Assembly: GCA_907165135.1 (NCBI GenBank)
Contig: OU015566.1
Location: forward strand, 4,898,001-4,962,000
DNA: 64,000 nucleotides
Origin: Oikopleura dioica
Lineage: Eukaryota; Animalia; Chordata
Direction of reading: 5' to 3'
In this document: positions 12,553 through 23,806 of the stretch, piece by piece
How positions within the stretch are numbered: position 1 is the first letter of the stretch
Layout: every line of letters begins with the position of its first letter
Notes under the pieces: generated by a model
Seen by the model: the letters and a program-made list of their open reading frames with translations, nothing else
Database searches by the model: none
What the model was told of the DNA's origin: nothing
Program-made: the position numbers and the translations under genes

Positions 12553-14395
12553 ATGGGTACAATGTTTGAGCTGCCATTTTGGAAGCTGCAGCGTTACAGG
12601 TAACAAATTTCGGTCGAATTTTTTCATTACAGATTTTTCTCTAGAATCATGATTTTGACAATCTTTATGAATATCACGGGATACATGATTCGCTTCGCCA
12701 TCGACGTGGCGATTCTAGACATGGTCGATGATCAGAAACGTCATCATCAAAATTCCTCCAGCTGTTCCAATTCTTCCCTGTTTTCTCCAATCAGCGAGGG
12801 GCAATTTCCTCTCGGCAAAAACCATTCTTCGCCAAAATACCACTGGACGGAGGAGCAACAAAGCATGATCATCGAAGTCTTTTTCTACGGATACACCCTT
12901 TCTGTCGGCATCGGAGGCTTGTTCGCGGATGTTCTCGGCGCAAGATTTTTGGTTGGATGCAGCGTTTTGCTTTCCGGCCTCTTGGGCATCTTTTATGAGC
13001 TTTTTGCTAGCTGGGGATTCGAGTGGCTCTGCGTTTTGAGATTTTTTCAGGGACTGCTTCAAGCTGGAATGTTTCCACCGCAAACATCGATGTGGGGCCG
13101 CTGGGCTCCAGAAAACGAGCGAACAATCATCGTTGGCGGTTCCAATGCTGCTGCTATTTTCGGCGTCTCCATGTCGAATATCCTGACTTCTGCGATTTGC
13201 GAAAGCCTCGGCTGGCCCTATGCTTTTTACATTTTCGGGAGCTTTGGGGTTCTTTTCGGATCAATTTGGATTCTTTACTTTCGAAATACACCCGAAGAAA
13301 TGCCCTGGTGCCAAATTGAAGAAAAAGAGTACATCAAAGCGAATACGACGGCCTCCGCAAGAATCGAAATCAAGGAAATACCGTTCAAGAAGATTTTTTC
13401 TTCGTTTGTTTTCTGGGTCGCTTGCATAGCAAATTTGGCGAATTCGATCATTTTCTTTACGATAACAGACAAACTACCAGAATACCTTCAGGTAAAGACC
13501 TTTTCAATCACTCTAGAATTTCTCTTCTAGAAAGTTCACCACTACAACCTCCTCGCCGACGGTTTTCTCAGCGCCCTTCCCTTCATTTGCTACCTGGTTG
13601 TTACTTTCGTTTCGTCAGCTCTCCTCGATTTCGCTCGATCGAAAAACATTCTGAGCATCACAAATTTAAGAAAAATAGCAGCGATTTTGGCACTCGTTCC
13701 TGCGGGCATTTGCTTTTTCGTCATCTCGCCAATGGGTTGTGATTCCGGGGCGATCGTTGCGCTTATGTGCGTGATAATGGGATTCAATGGGTTTTCCACG
13801 ACCTCGTTTTTGCCCTCCTTGATTGATATGTCGCCTAGCTATGCGGGTAATTAAAAGATATTGGGCTCTAAGCTCGGCAACCTGAGACTCAGGTCCTTAG
13901 TAAAAAACCTGATTCAGGGTTCTAAAAGAGTAAAATGAAAAGCCGCGTAGTGGCTTTTTTTCAAAAACGAAGCCGCAAAGCGGCTTCGCCAAAGTTACCA
14001 ACTCTATGAATTATTTTAACTAGCGTTTAAAGAAAAAGCCGCTACGCGGCTTTTCGCCTTACTCTTTTAGCACCCTGACTCAGGTTTTTTACTTAGGCTG
14101 CTATGTCCAATTCGGGTTTTTTTAGGTCTTCACTAATCCATATTCAGGTATTCTTCATGGCATCCAAGACACATGCTTTTCCGCGTTTGGTTTTATCACC
14201 CCGATTTTCATCCAAAAATGCGTCGGAGAAAACCCTTACCTCATTTCGTCCTGGAATACGGTCTGGATCATTAATGGAGCTCTCGCCTTTGTGTCTGCTG
14301 TCTTTTACGGGGCTTTCGCGACAAGTGAGAGGCAAGATTGGGACTTGAAAAAGGAGGAAAAGATGGCGTACGCAATCGGACTTTCGAAGACATAG
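12553..14395 (+). CDS. SLC17A: SLC17-family (sialin/anion:cation symporter, MFS) transporter, 4 exons (12553-12599, 12645-13491, 13531-~13847, ~14148-14395)
   Basis: YMIRFAIDVAILDMV, FFYGY, RFFQGLLQAGMFP, WGRWAPENERT, ESLGWPYAFYIFG, LIDMSPSYAG, ATSERQDW; GT-AG introns. Confidence 0.92.
13880..14095. mobile_element. Short hairpin element family with AAAACCTGAGTCAGG TIRs (intronic)
   Basis: Inverted ends; related copies at ~1279-1337, ~35597-35665, ~45858-45912, partial ~39040-39070. Confidence 0.65.
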
Positions 14396-14809
14396 AAGAC
14401 AATAATGAAAAATTTAATTCTCTTACTGAATAATAAATAAAAATTAAGTGTATTTTTTCATTACGAGCTGATTTGTCAAAATTTCAAGCCGATTTTTTTG
14501 CCAATTTTTTTATTTATTTTCGCTGACTGATTTTTTCAACCCTAAAATATTTGTTTTCGATCTAGTTCCCCTTAAAAGAAATCTGTAAAATACTGTTTTA
14601 AAATGGCTGCGCCGCGGGGAAATTTTTTATCATGATACGAGAGTCGAATACCGAAAACCCGCCGACATAATTTTTTATAAATAAAGAGAGAGATGCTCGC
14701 AAAGTTATTTTTGAAAGAACACTTGTAACTGCCCAGTTTAAAAGAGAATTTGAGCGAGATTATGTCGTCGATTTTCCAGTGAGGGATTCTAGTGATTTAA
14801 TATGTTTTT

Positions 14810-15157
14810 CTAGAAAAAATGAAAAAGAAGGAGAGATTAAAACTGAGGTCATGACTTTGGATCAACGATGTGATGAAGCCCTCGCCATTCTTGATCAGGT
14901 TCAGGGCTCATTGCCGGTTTTGCAACAAGTTTTTGATGAGAACAAGTATGTTTAATTTAAGACTTGAAAAATAAAAATGATTTAAGACTTCTTCGATTGC
15001 AGCTGAAGGAGAAACAAGCTGAGATCGAACGGCTGCGTGGAAAAATCAGGCGACTCGAAAACGCCCAGTAAGAATTGCATATTTTTCATCCCGCGATTTT
15101 TTCGGGGGTTTTTATTTCATGTTATTTCAGAATCAGCATCAGTGATGACAGCGAGTG
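14810..15157 (+). CDS. Small coiled-coil protein gene, about 3 exons
   Basis: MTLDQRCDEALAILDQVQGSLPVLQQVFDENK|LKEKQAEIERLRGKIRRLENA|QISISDDSE* across short GT-AG introns; a paralog lies at ~57560-57930 (-). Confidence 0.45.
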
Positions 15158-15220
15158 ACGCCTCATGCCGCTCTTTGCCAGCTCAATCATGCTGTTCACC
15201 ATTCACAACCATATCGCTGG

Positions 15221-15501
15221 GGGAAACGCTCGCCTAAATTACCAATTGGTAATGCATTACCAATTTTGGTAATCCATTACCAATTTTTGGTAATGCATTA
15301 CCAAATTTCCCGAAAAAGGCCAATTTCGTTTAGTCAAAGAGCCTGTGTGCGCTCCGCGCCTGTGTGATAGGATACGTTTAGAAGTGATTTACTCATTTCT
15401 TGGACAAAAAATCAGAATTTCTGAAAAAAATTTGGTAATGGATTACCAATTTTTGGTAATGCATTACCAAAAATCTTTGGTAATTTAAACGAGCGTCCCC
15501 G
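15221..15501. mobile_element. MITE with TTACCAAT/ATTGGTAA subterminal repeats and 8-bp TSD
   Basis: TSD ATCGCTGG at 15213-15220 and 15502-15509; relative at 33952-34220. Confidence 0.8.
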
Positions 15502-15619
15502 ATCGCTGGCGTTCTCTTTCATGTCTCCATCACCACCTCCGACCCTCTCTTTTTGGAGAATTTCGACTCATGTAATAAAAATCTCTTGACTTATTATTGG
15601 GTTTTTTCAGCACGCAATC

Positions 15620-15695
15620 TTAAAATTCTTCATAGCATTCAGGACGCATGCTTTTCCGCGTTTGGTTTTATCACCCCAATTTTCATCCAAAAATG
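15620..15695 (+). pseudogene. Isolated fragment of the SLC17 last exon
   Basis: Matches ~14148-14220 (ATGCTTTTCCGCGTTTGGTTTTATCACCCC...). Confidence 0.75.
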
Positions 15696-17139
15696 GAAGC
15701 GAATTTTCTTTTGGGACAAAATCTAGAATCAAGTTTCTAGAACAAAAAGAGCTTCAGTTTGTGGCAAACGCTAAGTTTCGAAAAAAAAAATTTTTGCTTG
15801 TACTTTTTTCGATTCGAAAAATTTCATTTTTATCGGTTCTTTTTTAGTCAAAAATGGTTCTAAAACGCTTTTTATTTCTAGTTTGACTTCAAGAAAATAG
15901 ATGGGAGTCGAGTTTTCTTCATCGAAAATTCAATAAATCGTTAAATTTTAAAACGAAACTAAATCTCGACAGGAACAAACATAATCAGCTGTTTTGTTCA
16001 AGTATTTTTTTTTGTTCTAGAATCGAGTTTGTTGAACAGAAAACAAGCTGATTACATGTATGTTACCGTCTTGAGCGGATTTCGAGTAAAATTCTACGAT
16101 TTTTCAAAAATTTCGATCCGAGAAATTTGATTCCTATCGATTTTCTTGAAGTCAAACTAAATATATTAAACCTTATTGAATTGTTTTTGACTGAAAAAGA
16201 ATCGATAAAGATGAAATTCTTCGAATCTGCCATTCAAATCGCTGATCTCCCGAATAACGAGTCGAAAAAGTGCTCAACGGAAAATTCATTTTCAATAAAG
16301 CGCTAGCGGAATTCTAGCGGCGCGATAAGCGCTCTGAGCGGGTTCTGAATGCGCGGTGTACCAGAATGTCTGAGCGTGGTCGAATCGTACCGCGCTTTTC
16401 CGCCCTTGGGCAATTTCTGCAGCTCATGAAAACGCACTACCGCGCACTATGCTGCACAACGTATCTGACACAAATTGGCCCTTTGTTATGAAAACTTTTC
16501 TTTCTCCTAAATCAACACTTTTTTGATTTCTCAGAAGTGGAAGTCTCGAAAATAAAAAGGGTAGAGAAAGAAAGGGTTGAAGACGGAAGATGAGGCTCGT
16601 GCAAATTGCGACGCTCCAAGGAAGGGAATTCAATATATAATGCAACGGGAGCCGGGCGAAAATTGACCTTTTTCGAGGGAAAGAGCCTTAATTCGAAAAG
16701 TTTGAAGGAAGAAAATAAGCGGTTTTAGCGCTTGAAAACCATGGATCACAGCGTAAAACCGGATTTTCGAGCTTTTTTTCTTGTAAAAATTAACCAGAAA
16801 AATAAAAATAAGGAGAGTTTTTATTAAGAAAAATTTTTTTATCATAAAAATTGCTCTTTGCTGCGAAAATTGTCGGATTTGATAGAATTCCTTGCTTTTT
16901 TTTTCCAAAAAATGATTCCCAAAAACAGTCATCGCAGCCCAATTCCGAAGCTTTTCTGGCTTCGGAAATGCTGCCGATCAAAGTCGACCAGAAGACCCTG
17001 GTGTTGTCCGAATGGACTTGCCGCTTAATCGAAGATACAAATATGCATTTACTGGCGCAGCGAACCCAAAGCTCAGGATTCGTAAGTAACAAGCAATTTG
17101 TCCCCAGCGGCGGAATGTTGAAAATTATTTGACCCGGAA

Positions 17140-20100
17140 ATGCTCTTTCTCAGGCTGCTTTTCTTGTTGATAAGTTGTTTTTTAGCTGAGGGAATAACTG
17201 GTTCCTGTAACGAAGAAATCGACCTGTCCTTCGTCATCTCCGGGAATGGGAAACTCGCATCGCCGGGCTTCGAAGCCGGATTTTATCCAAACAATACGGA
17301 TTGCTCCTACGTCGTCAAGGCTGGAAATAGCTCTGTTCTCGAGGTATGATTTGATGAGCCAGAAATAGCCCTCTTTTTGAAGAATTTATTTTTATCTTTT
17401 TTTTTATCTAGTTCAGCCTTTTATCAAATGATTTTCGCGAAAAATTTCAAGATAAAACGAAAATTTTCATTAAAAAAATGCAAAAAATTTCAAAAAAAAA
17501 AATCGAAAATTTACAAAAAAAAATCGAAAATAAGCAAAAAATTCCTAAAATTCAAAAAATTACAAACAAATTAGAAAAAAAATAAAATCTCTTTTCTAGC
17601 TTTCTTTTCTATACATGGACATGGAACCCGGCCCACCCGCGTGCCCTTTCGACTTCCTCGAAGTCCTCGACAGTGACTCATCAAATATCATCGGCGGCAA
17701 CCGATTCTGCGGCCGCAATACTCCGGGAAAAATCATATCCAAAAGCGGCACTCTTCGACTTCGCTTCAAAACCGACGGTTCCGACACCGGAGTCGGCTTT
17801 GCTGTCCAATACAATGTTGAGCCGATTGAGTTCAAGAAGATTTTCAATTGCAACTTTGAAGATGGCTGGTGCGGGATGGAGTATTCGGCGAATGAGGGAG
17901 AGGAGGAGGAGAAATTGCAGTTTGCGCCGTTTGATGCAAATAGTCTTTCGTTAATTAGCGGCAGATCTGGCACTGTAAGAACAGGTAAAGAATATGATAA
18001 GATTCGAGACGAAAAATTGGGGGTGGCGATTAGAATCGACTAAAAATTGCGACAAAAAAATTAGCGGCGACAATTTTGGAAGGTACCAGGAAGGGACAAA
18101 AAATTTCGACAAATTTGCGTGGAAATTTTCAACCAATCAGTAGCCTTAATTCAGCAAGCCGGCTTATAAATAGCCGCCCACGCAAATTTTGTCGATTTTT
18201 TTTTGTCGGTTCAAGATTGGTTTTCAGGCAAAATGCTTATATCTGATTGGTTCAATATTCTACCAAAAATTTCGGAGAAAATTGTCGCAGTTTTTTCTTG
18301 TCGATTCGAATCTTTCAAACATAAAAATCAATTTTCAGGCGCGACATTTGACCATTCTTTGAAATCCCCACGCGGTCAATATCTTCTCTACGAAAGCACC
18401 GGAACCAAACAAGGCGACAAAAGAACCATCAAAACTCCCATTATCTCGATCAGAACCAAACAGAAAGAAACCACCTTCTGCTTTACCTTCTGGGCGACAA
18501 TGAAAGGCGACAAAATGGGAAAAGTCGAAGTCAAAGCTCTTTACTACGATCGCCAAGGAAATCCAAAATCTTCAAAAGTTCTCGGCGATGTGAACGGAGA
18601 GCAGGTGAGTCATGGAAAAGACGGTATGGAAATCTAATTTTCCATATTCAGAACGCAAATTGCTGGGGACAGGGTTGCAAGAAAGGCGACGATTGGACGT
18701 ACCAGAGGTTCACCGGGCCGCTCTGGGAAGAAAATGTCGCCATTGAGATGACATTCATTTCTGGGGGTCCTTCCTACTCAGGTTTGTTCCTCGGAGATAT
18801 TCCTCCTTGATTCCTTCTCTTCAGACATTGCCATTGACGACATCATGATGGACGGAAACGATTGCCCGACCGATTCAAACACCAAATGTCGCTATCCAGT
18901 CAAACCATACAAGAAATTCAACTACAAAGACATTATCACCGGAAAATGGCGCTGCAAGAATCCAAAAACCGACACGGTCAGAACCTTGTTTTTCTCATTT
19001 ATCTCAATTTTTTCCTAGAACTTCAACATGACAAACATTAACCAGGAGTTTCCGCAAGGAACTGAATGCAAACTCCGATGCAACAATTGGAGAGAAATGG
19101 CTGATCCAATCGAACACGGGAAAATTTACTGCGGACGGAGAGGATGGCACAGGTAAAGAGGTCAAAGAAACCGGACATTTTTGAACAGCAATTTTCAGCA
19201 TCAAAACAGGAGAAGCAATCCTGAACGAATTGCCAGCCGTCCCAGGAGAAATGCCAAACGGATCAAAGAAAAACCCCGATGTTTTCAACTTGATGCCAGT
19301 TTGCCGAATTTCTCGATGCGATCTTCAAATGATGCCTCCCAACGCCGAGTTTTTCGCCTGCAATCATCCCGAAACACTCGACTATTTGCCGCTCGATTCC
19401 CTTTGCGAGCTGCGCTGCTTGCCGGGGTACAGAAGGGATGGACCGCAGTTTTCGAAATGCAGTCCGGGAGGATACATGGCCGGCAGAGCCACTTGCGTGA
19501 AAATTGGAGAAGATGATTTCACCGAAGTCGAAAGAGCGAGACTCATCCCCGACACGGTTTGATTTTCCTTATTTTGATGATTTTAAAACTCGTTTTAGGT
19601 TCAGAAAGTGTTCTTTGAACCAAAAGAGCCGCAGCGAATCATCGGCGTTCCCTTCACCGGCGAAGCAAAAGCTCTGCCCGGTCGCCCTAAACAAACTACT
19701 CCAGCACCTCCAAAAATCGCCACAACAAAGCCGACAACAAAGACAACAACGAAAGCACCAGTTCAAACAACAAAACAACCAGCTATCACGACAAAATCAA
19801 CAACGACGACGAAAATGTCCATTCCACAAAATGCCTTTGAGAATATTCTTCCGCAGCCAAAACAAACACCAGCACCAGTTGAGCTCGCAGCCCCGACTCC
19901 AGCTACCCATGTTGGTCCACTAGAACAACTAGCCGTCAATTCTCAGTCAACAAAAGCTACAACAAGGCCGACAATGCCACCGAAAGCAACCGAAGCTCCT
20001 GATTTTTTCAAACCAGAAGGTAAGCCTAGCATTTTCGTCCTCGTTTTCGACCAAAATTTTCAGGCGAAGCAACAACCACAAATCAGCCAACAACAACGAG

Positions 20101-20206
20101 TACAGAAAAGACCAAGAAGCCCAAGAAGGACAAAAAGAAGGAAGGTCCTTCATCATCATCATTCACTTACCTTAGCAGTGTTTTATTAATAATTCTTCTC
20201 TTTTGA
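17140..20206 (+). CDS. Cell-surface protein: signal peptide-CUB-MAM-2x sushi/CCP-like-Thr/Pro mucin stalk-probable GPI signal
   Basis: CUB (LASPGF..YPNNTDC; CPFDFLEV; RFCG; FKTDGS), MAM (CNFEDGWC; DHSL..GQYL; DIAIDDI), CCP-like C..C/W spacing, TTKPTTKTTT stalk, hydrophobic end SSVLLIILLF*; about 9 GT-AG exons. Confidence 0.85.
18090..18213. mobile_element. MITE family A copy in CUB-MAM gene intron
   Basis: GACAAAAAATTTCGACAAATTTGCGTGG...CCACGCAAATTTTGTCGATTTTTTTTGTCGG. Confidence 0.72.
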
Positions 20207-20354
20207 TACTGTACAAAAAACGCGAGTTGCGACAATAGCATTTTAAAAATTACCTCGAAAATAAATTATTATCTTATTTTTTCGTTCCATCGATCATTGA
20301 TTGAAGCAACCGTGTAATGAGGAGGTCAATAAGGCGCCGTTCGTTTATGATGAC

Positions 20355-21130
20355 TTAAGGATATAGGCTATATCATATAGCCGTTCTCAAGGCACTTTCG
20401 TAGCGCCAAAAGGGGACGATAAATTTTTTTCATTTCAAAAGGAACCCTACCTAAAATTGCCTAAGAAACCCGATTCTAGTGTTCTTTATAATTTTTTAAT
20501 GGAAAAATTTCTCTCTAGAGCAATTTTAAATCTTACGATCACTTTTTCTCGAGAATTTTCCATTAAATCGGTCGAGTTTTTTTGATAAATTAAAAATTTG
20601 GACCTTTCTCTACATTCCTAGGGCTTTAAGTTTAATAGATTCAAATTATTTATGGTTCTAGAGCCATTTTTATGAGGCTCACTTGAGTAAGCCGAAGCGT
20701 CAGACAGCGCTCTGGTTTGCTGCGCTGGGCGCCCTCCTCCATCGCGCGGTGAGGCGCGCATGTGAAAGAGCGCGCTGATTGGCCGAGCGCCCTGAACGCA
20801 GCATTTATGAAAAAGAAAAGCCAAAAAGAAGAAGACGCTAGAATGAAAATTTGCTCGGGTTTTGAAATTTAGAGGCCCTAAGAAGCTTGATTAGCAGTTA
20901 TTTATAATAAAACACGGTTTAGTTTTAGCAATTTAATTGAAAAATTTCGAGAAAAAATGATCGTAAGATTTCAAATCGCTCCAGAGAGAAATTTTCTTTG
21001 AAAAAAATTTTAAAAAACATCAGAATCGAATTCTAAACATAATTTTAGGTAGGACCTGTCTTGAAATGAAAAAATTTTATCGCTCCATTTCGACGCTACG
21101 AAAGTGCCTTGAGAACGGCTATATCCTTAA
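20355..21130. mobile_element. TTAA-flanked Kolobok-like MITE with GC-rich core
   Basis: TTAAGGATATAG...CCGTTCTCAAGGCACTTTCGTAGCG inverted against CGCTACGAAAGTGCCTTGAGAACGGCTATATCCTTAA. Confidence 0.8.
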
Positions 21131-21308
21131 ATCAAGCGATTTAGAGTAGGGCTCGCCAAAAAAAAGTCGATGTCTATTCTCCCCTACGAATTGCACCTTA
21201 AAATGATCCCCGTTCTTTCCTGATTCGAATGATATGTCTCTGTCAGGCGTAAGCCTTGGGGAAAAAATTCTAGAGCTAGGCCCAAAATCCTGTTTTTGAG
21301 ACTTCGAT

Positions 21309-21325
21309 CACGTGCCATGACGTCA
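21309..21325. promoter_or_regulatory. Adjacent E-box (CACGTG) and perfect CRE (TGACGTCA) ~275 bp upstream of the FMN reductase ATG
   Basis: Motif match only: CACGTG 21309-21314, TGACGTCA 21318-21325. Confidence 0.35.
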
Positions 21326-21599
21326 TTTCTCCGGAAATTTCAATATTTTTTGAATTTTTCGAGCATAACTTTTTATGCTCTTTTGAATAAGCTACTAGTT
21401 TTGGGTTTTAGGACATGGGGAATCCGAAAAACATACTCGTTCGCGACTTCAAAATTTCATGGCGAGCCCTAATTTAGAGTCAATTCGGCTATGAAAAAAA
21501 ATGTTGAATTGGGAAAAATTCCAATTTACTTCCTGTTTGAAACGTATATATGCGGAAGTAAAAAGCTCCAAATCCCACTTTGAAAAGAGTATTTTTTCG

Positions 21600-22293
21600 A
21601 TGGTACAACTCAAGATCGGAATTATCATGGGCTCTGTCCGAGAGGGCCGCATGAATGCCCGAGTCGCTGATTGGGTCGAATCCGAGGCGAAAAAGAAGTT
21701 TGGAGAATCGGCGTTGATTGAGGTAAAAAAGAGCTAGAATTTGATAAAAATGAAGAAAAAAGGTAATCGACTTGGAAGATTACAACTTGTCGGGGATCAG
21801 ACAACCCATTCATTTCATGGCGGACTCGTCGCTCGCACCAGCGGATCTCAAGAAAGCGGAAGCGAAAGTGAAAGAACTCGACTGCTTCATCTTTGTGACG
21901 CCAGAATACAACTTGAAGTAGAAGACATTTTTTGACTTTTTTCTAACCGTTTTCAGCATTCCCCCCGCGTTGAAAAAGTTCATCGATCTTCTCCCTCCTC
22001 CAATTTGGTGGTGGAAATCTGCCGCCATCATCAGCTATTCCATGGGCCGTTTTGGCGGAAACATCGTCCCGCACTCCCTCCGCCAGACTTTTTGCGAGAT
22101 CGGACTCATTCCTGTCACCAAACCAATGTCGATTCCGTTTGTTCACGAAGAAATCGACGAGAACGGAGCTCTAGTCGGACAGGGAGCTGAGGGCTTTCAA
22201 GCTGAAATTGAAAAAACTCTTGATGTTTTTGAATTTTACGCGACTGCGATCAAGGAGAAGAGAGAAAATGGACCTGTTCCGAAGAATATGTAA
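21600..22293 (+). CDS. NADPH-dependent FMN reductase (flavodoxin-like; azoreductase/quinone reductase family), 3 exons
   Basis: IGIIMGSVREGR, FIFVTPEYN, LKKFID, WKSAAIISYSMGRFGG; introns 21723-21762 and ~21917-21957. Confidence 0.9.
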
Positions 22294-23123
22294 AATTACA
22301 TTCATCATGTGCACTTTTGATTAAAAATTATAAATCTCAATTATAATGATTTTATTTGGCATGACTTATGAGGATACTCATCCGCCTATACAAAAAGAGA
22401 ATATCTTAGATGTCTCGGCCTCCTGATCGAAAATAAAAGCCCAATTTGTCCATTTTTTCCAAAAATTATGGTCTGTCCAAAAATTATCGTAAAAGCGAAT
22501 TCTGTTTTTTTTCTTCAAAGCTCGTTATTCATTGATTTTTCTTATCCATCAAATCGAAAAAATTTCTCAAATTAAAATTCATTCATGCGAATTGATAATT
22601 GGGCAGGTGATTATTACCAAAAAGAGTCAGCGGGGAGAAAGGGCTGATTTTCCGTGAAATTTGTGACGTTAGCGACATGACCCGGCGGTCGCCACCCTTT
22701 TTTCTTGAAATCGATCTTCAGCTTTTCTTCTTCCAAAACCTTCCAATTCTCGAAATCCAATTATTCGGATTGATGAGGTTATCGCAGATTTTCACCCGTT
22801 ACCTTTCGAAAAAATAAGCCATCGCTCTAAAAAATTAAGAACCGTTGAAAAAAGCTTATCATTCTAAGAAAATAAACTCATTATTGATTCATACTCTGAT
22901 TTTAAAGACGAAAACATAAGGAGAAAGAATTAATTTTAAATAATTAAAAATTAATATGAAAATGCTAAAAAATATAGTTGTTTTAAAATTAATATTCAGA
23001 TATTTTATTGATAAGAGTAAAATAAAAACTGAATTAGTATTTTGTAAACTTCAGTGTTAATTCAGTTTTTATATTATTTCTATATAAATTATATAATCAA
23101 TATTTATTTATTAATTTAAGTTC

Positions 23124-23470
23124 ATTTCCAGTCATGAGATACATAGACTCATGATGTTAAAAGTAGTTTGAAATAAAATTTTTGAGAAAAACGATCATTC
23201 TTTCTGATTTTTTATATAAAATTATGACAAGGACACCCTTATTTCCGAAAAATAAAATAAAATATAAGAAATTAAAGGAAATAATACAGTATAATCTTTA
23301 CAGTGCAAGTTATACTGTATTATTTCTTTTAATTGCTGATCTATATTTTATTCGGAAATAAGGGTATCCTCGTCATAATTTTTAAAAAATCAGGAAGAAT
23401 GATCGTTTTTCTTCATAATTTTCAAATTTCTTTTAACATCATGAATCTATGAATCTCATGACAGGAAATG
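23124..23470. mobile_element. AT-rich ~350-bp imperfect hairpin (MITE-like)
   Basis: CATTTCC(A/T)GTCATGAGAT... inverted against ...ATCTCATGACAGGAAATG, with inner GACACCCTTATTTCCG / CGGAAATAAGGGTATC. Confidence 0.7.
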
Positions 23471-23806
23471 ACCTCTAAAAGCCTCGATTTCCTCGCCTGC
23501 AAAAAGTTGCGTCATTGATATTCTTCGGTGGACTGAGGTTTGCAAAAAGATTCGGAAAGCCTCGCTGCGCAAAAACTCGCCGCCGCACGTGGCGGTCAGG
23601 CGCCTGCCACCGCCGGTTTCAACGATTTCATGAAAAACTTGAATTTAAAAATTTAAAATCAAAAGATAATTTTTCGAAAAATATCTTTTGAAAAGCTGAG
23701 AGAAAAAGGGAAGAAACAGGCTGAGCAATTTTAGCAGCAGTTTGTCTTGAGAAAAATTAAGATTAAAAGAAAAATAAGAAAAGTGAGAAGGAAGTTTTCC
23801 AGTCTC

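Noticed and set aside
16900-17085. Exon-like segment KTLVLSEWTCRLIEDTNMHLLAQR, faintly SANTA-like
   Set aside because: Too short, and no partner exons found.
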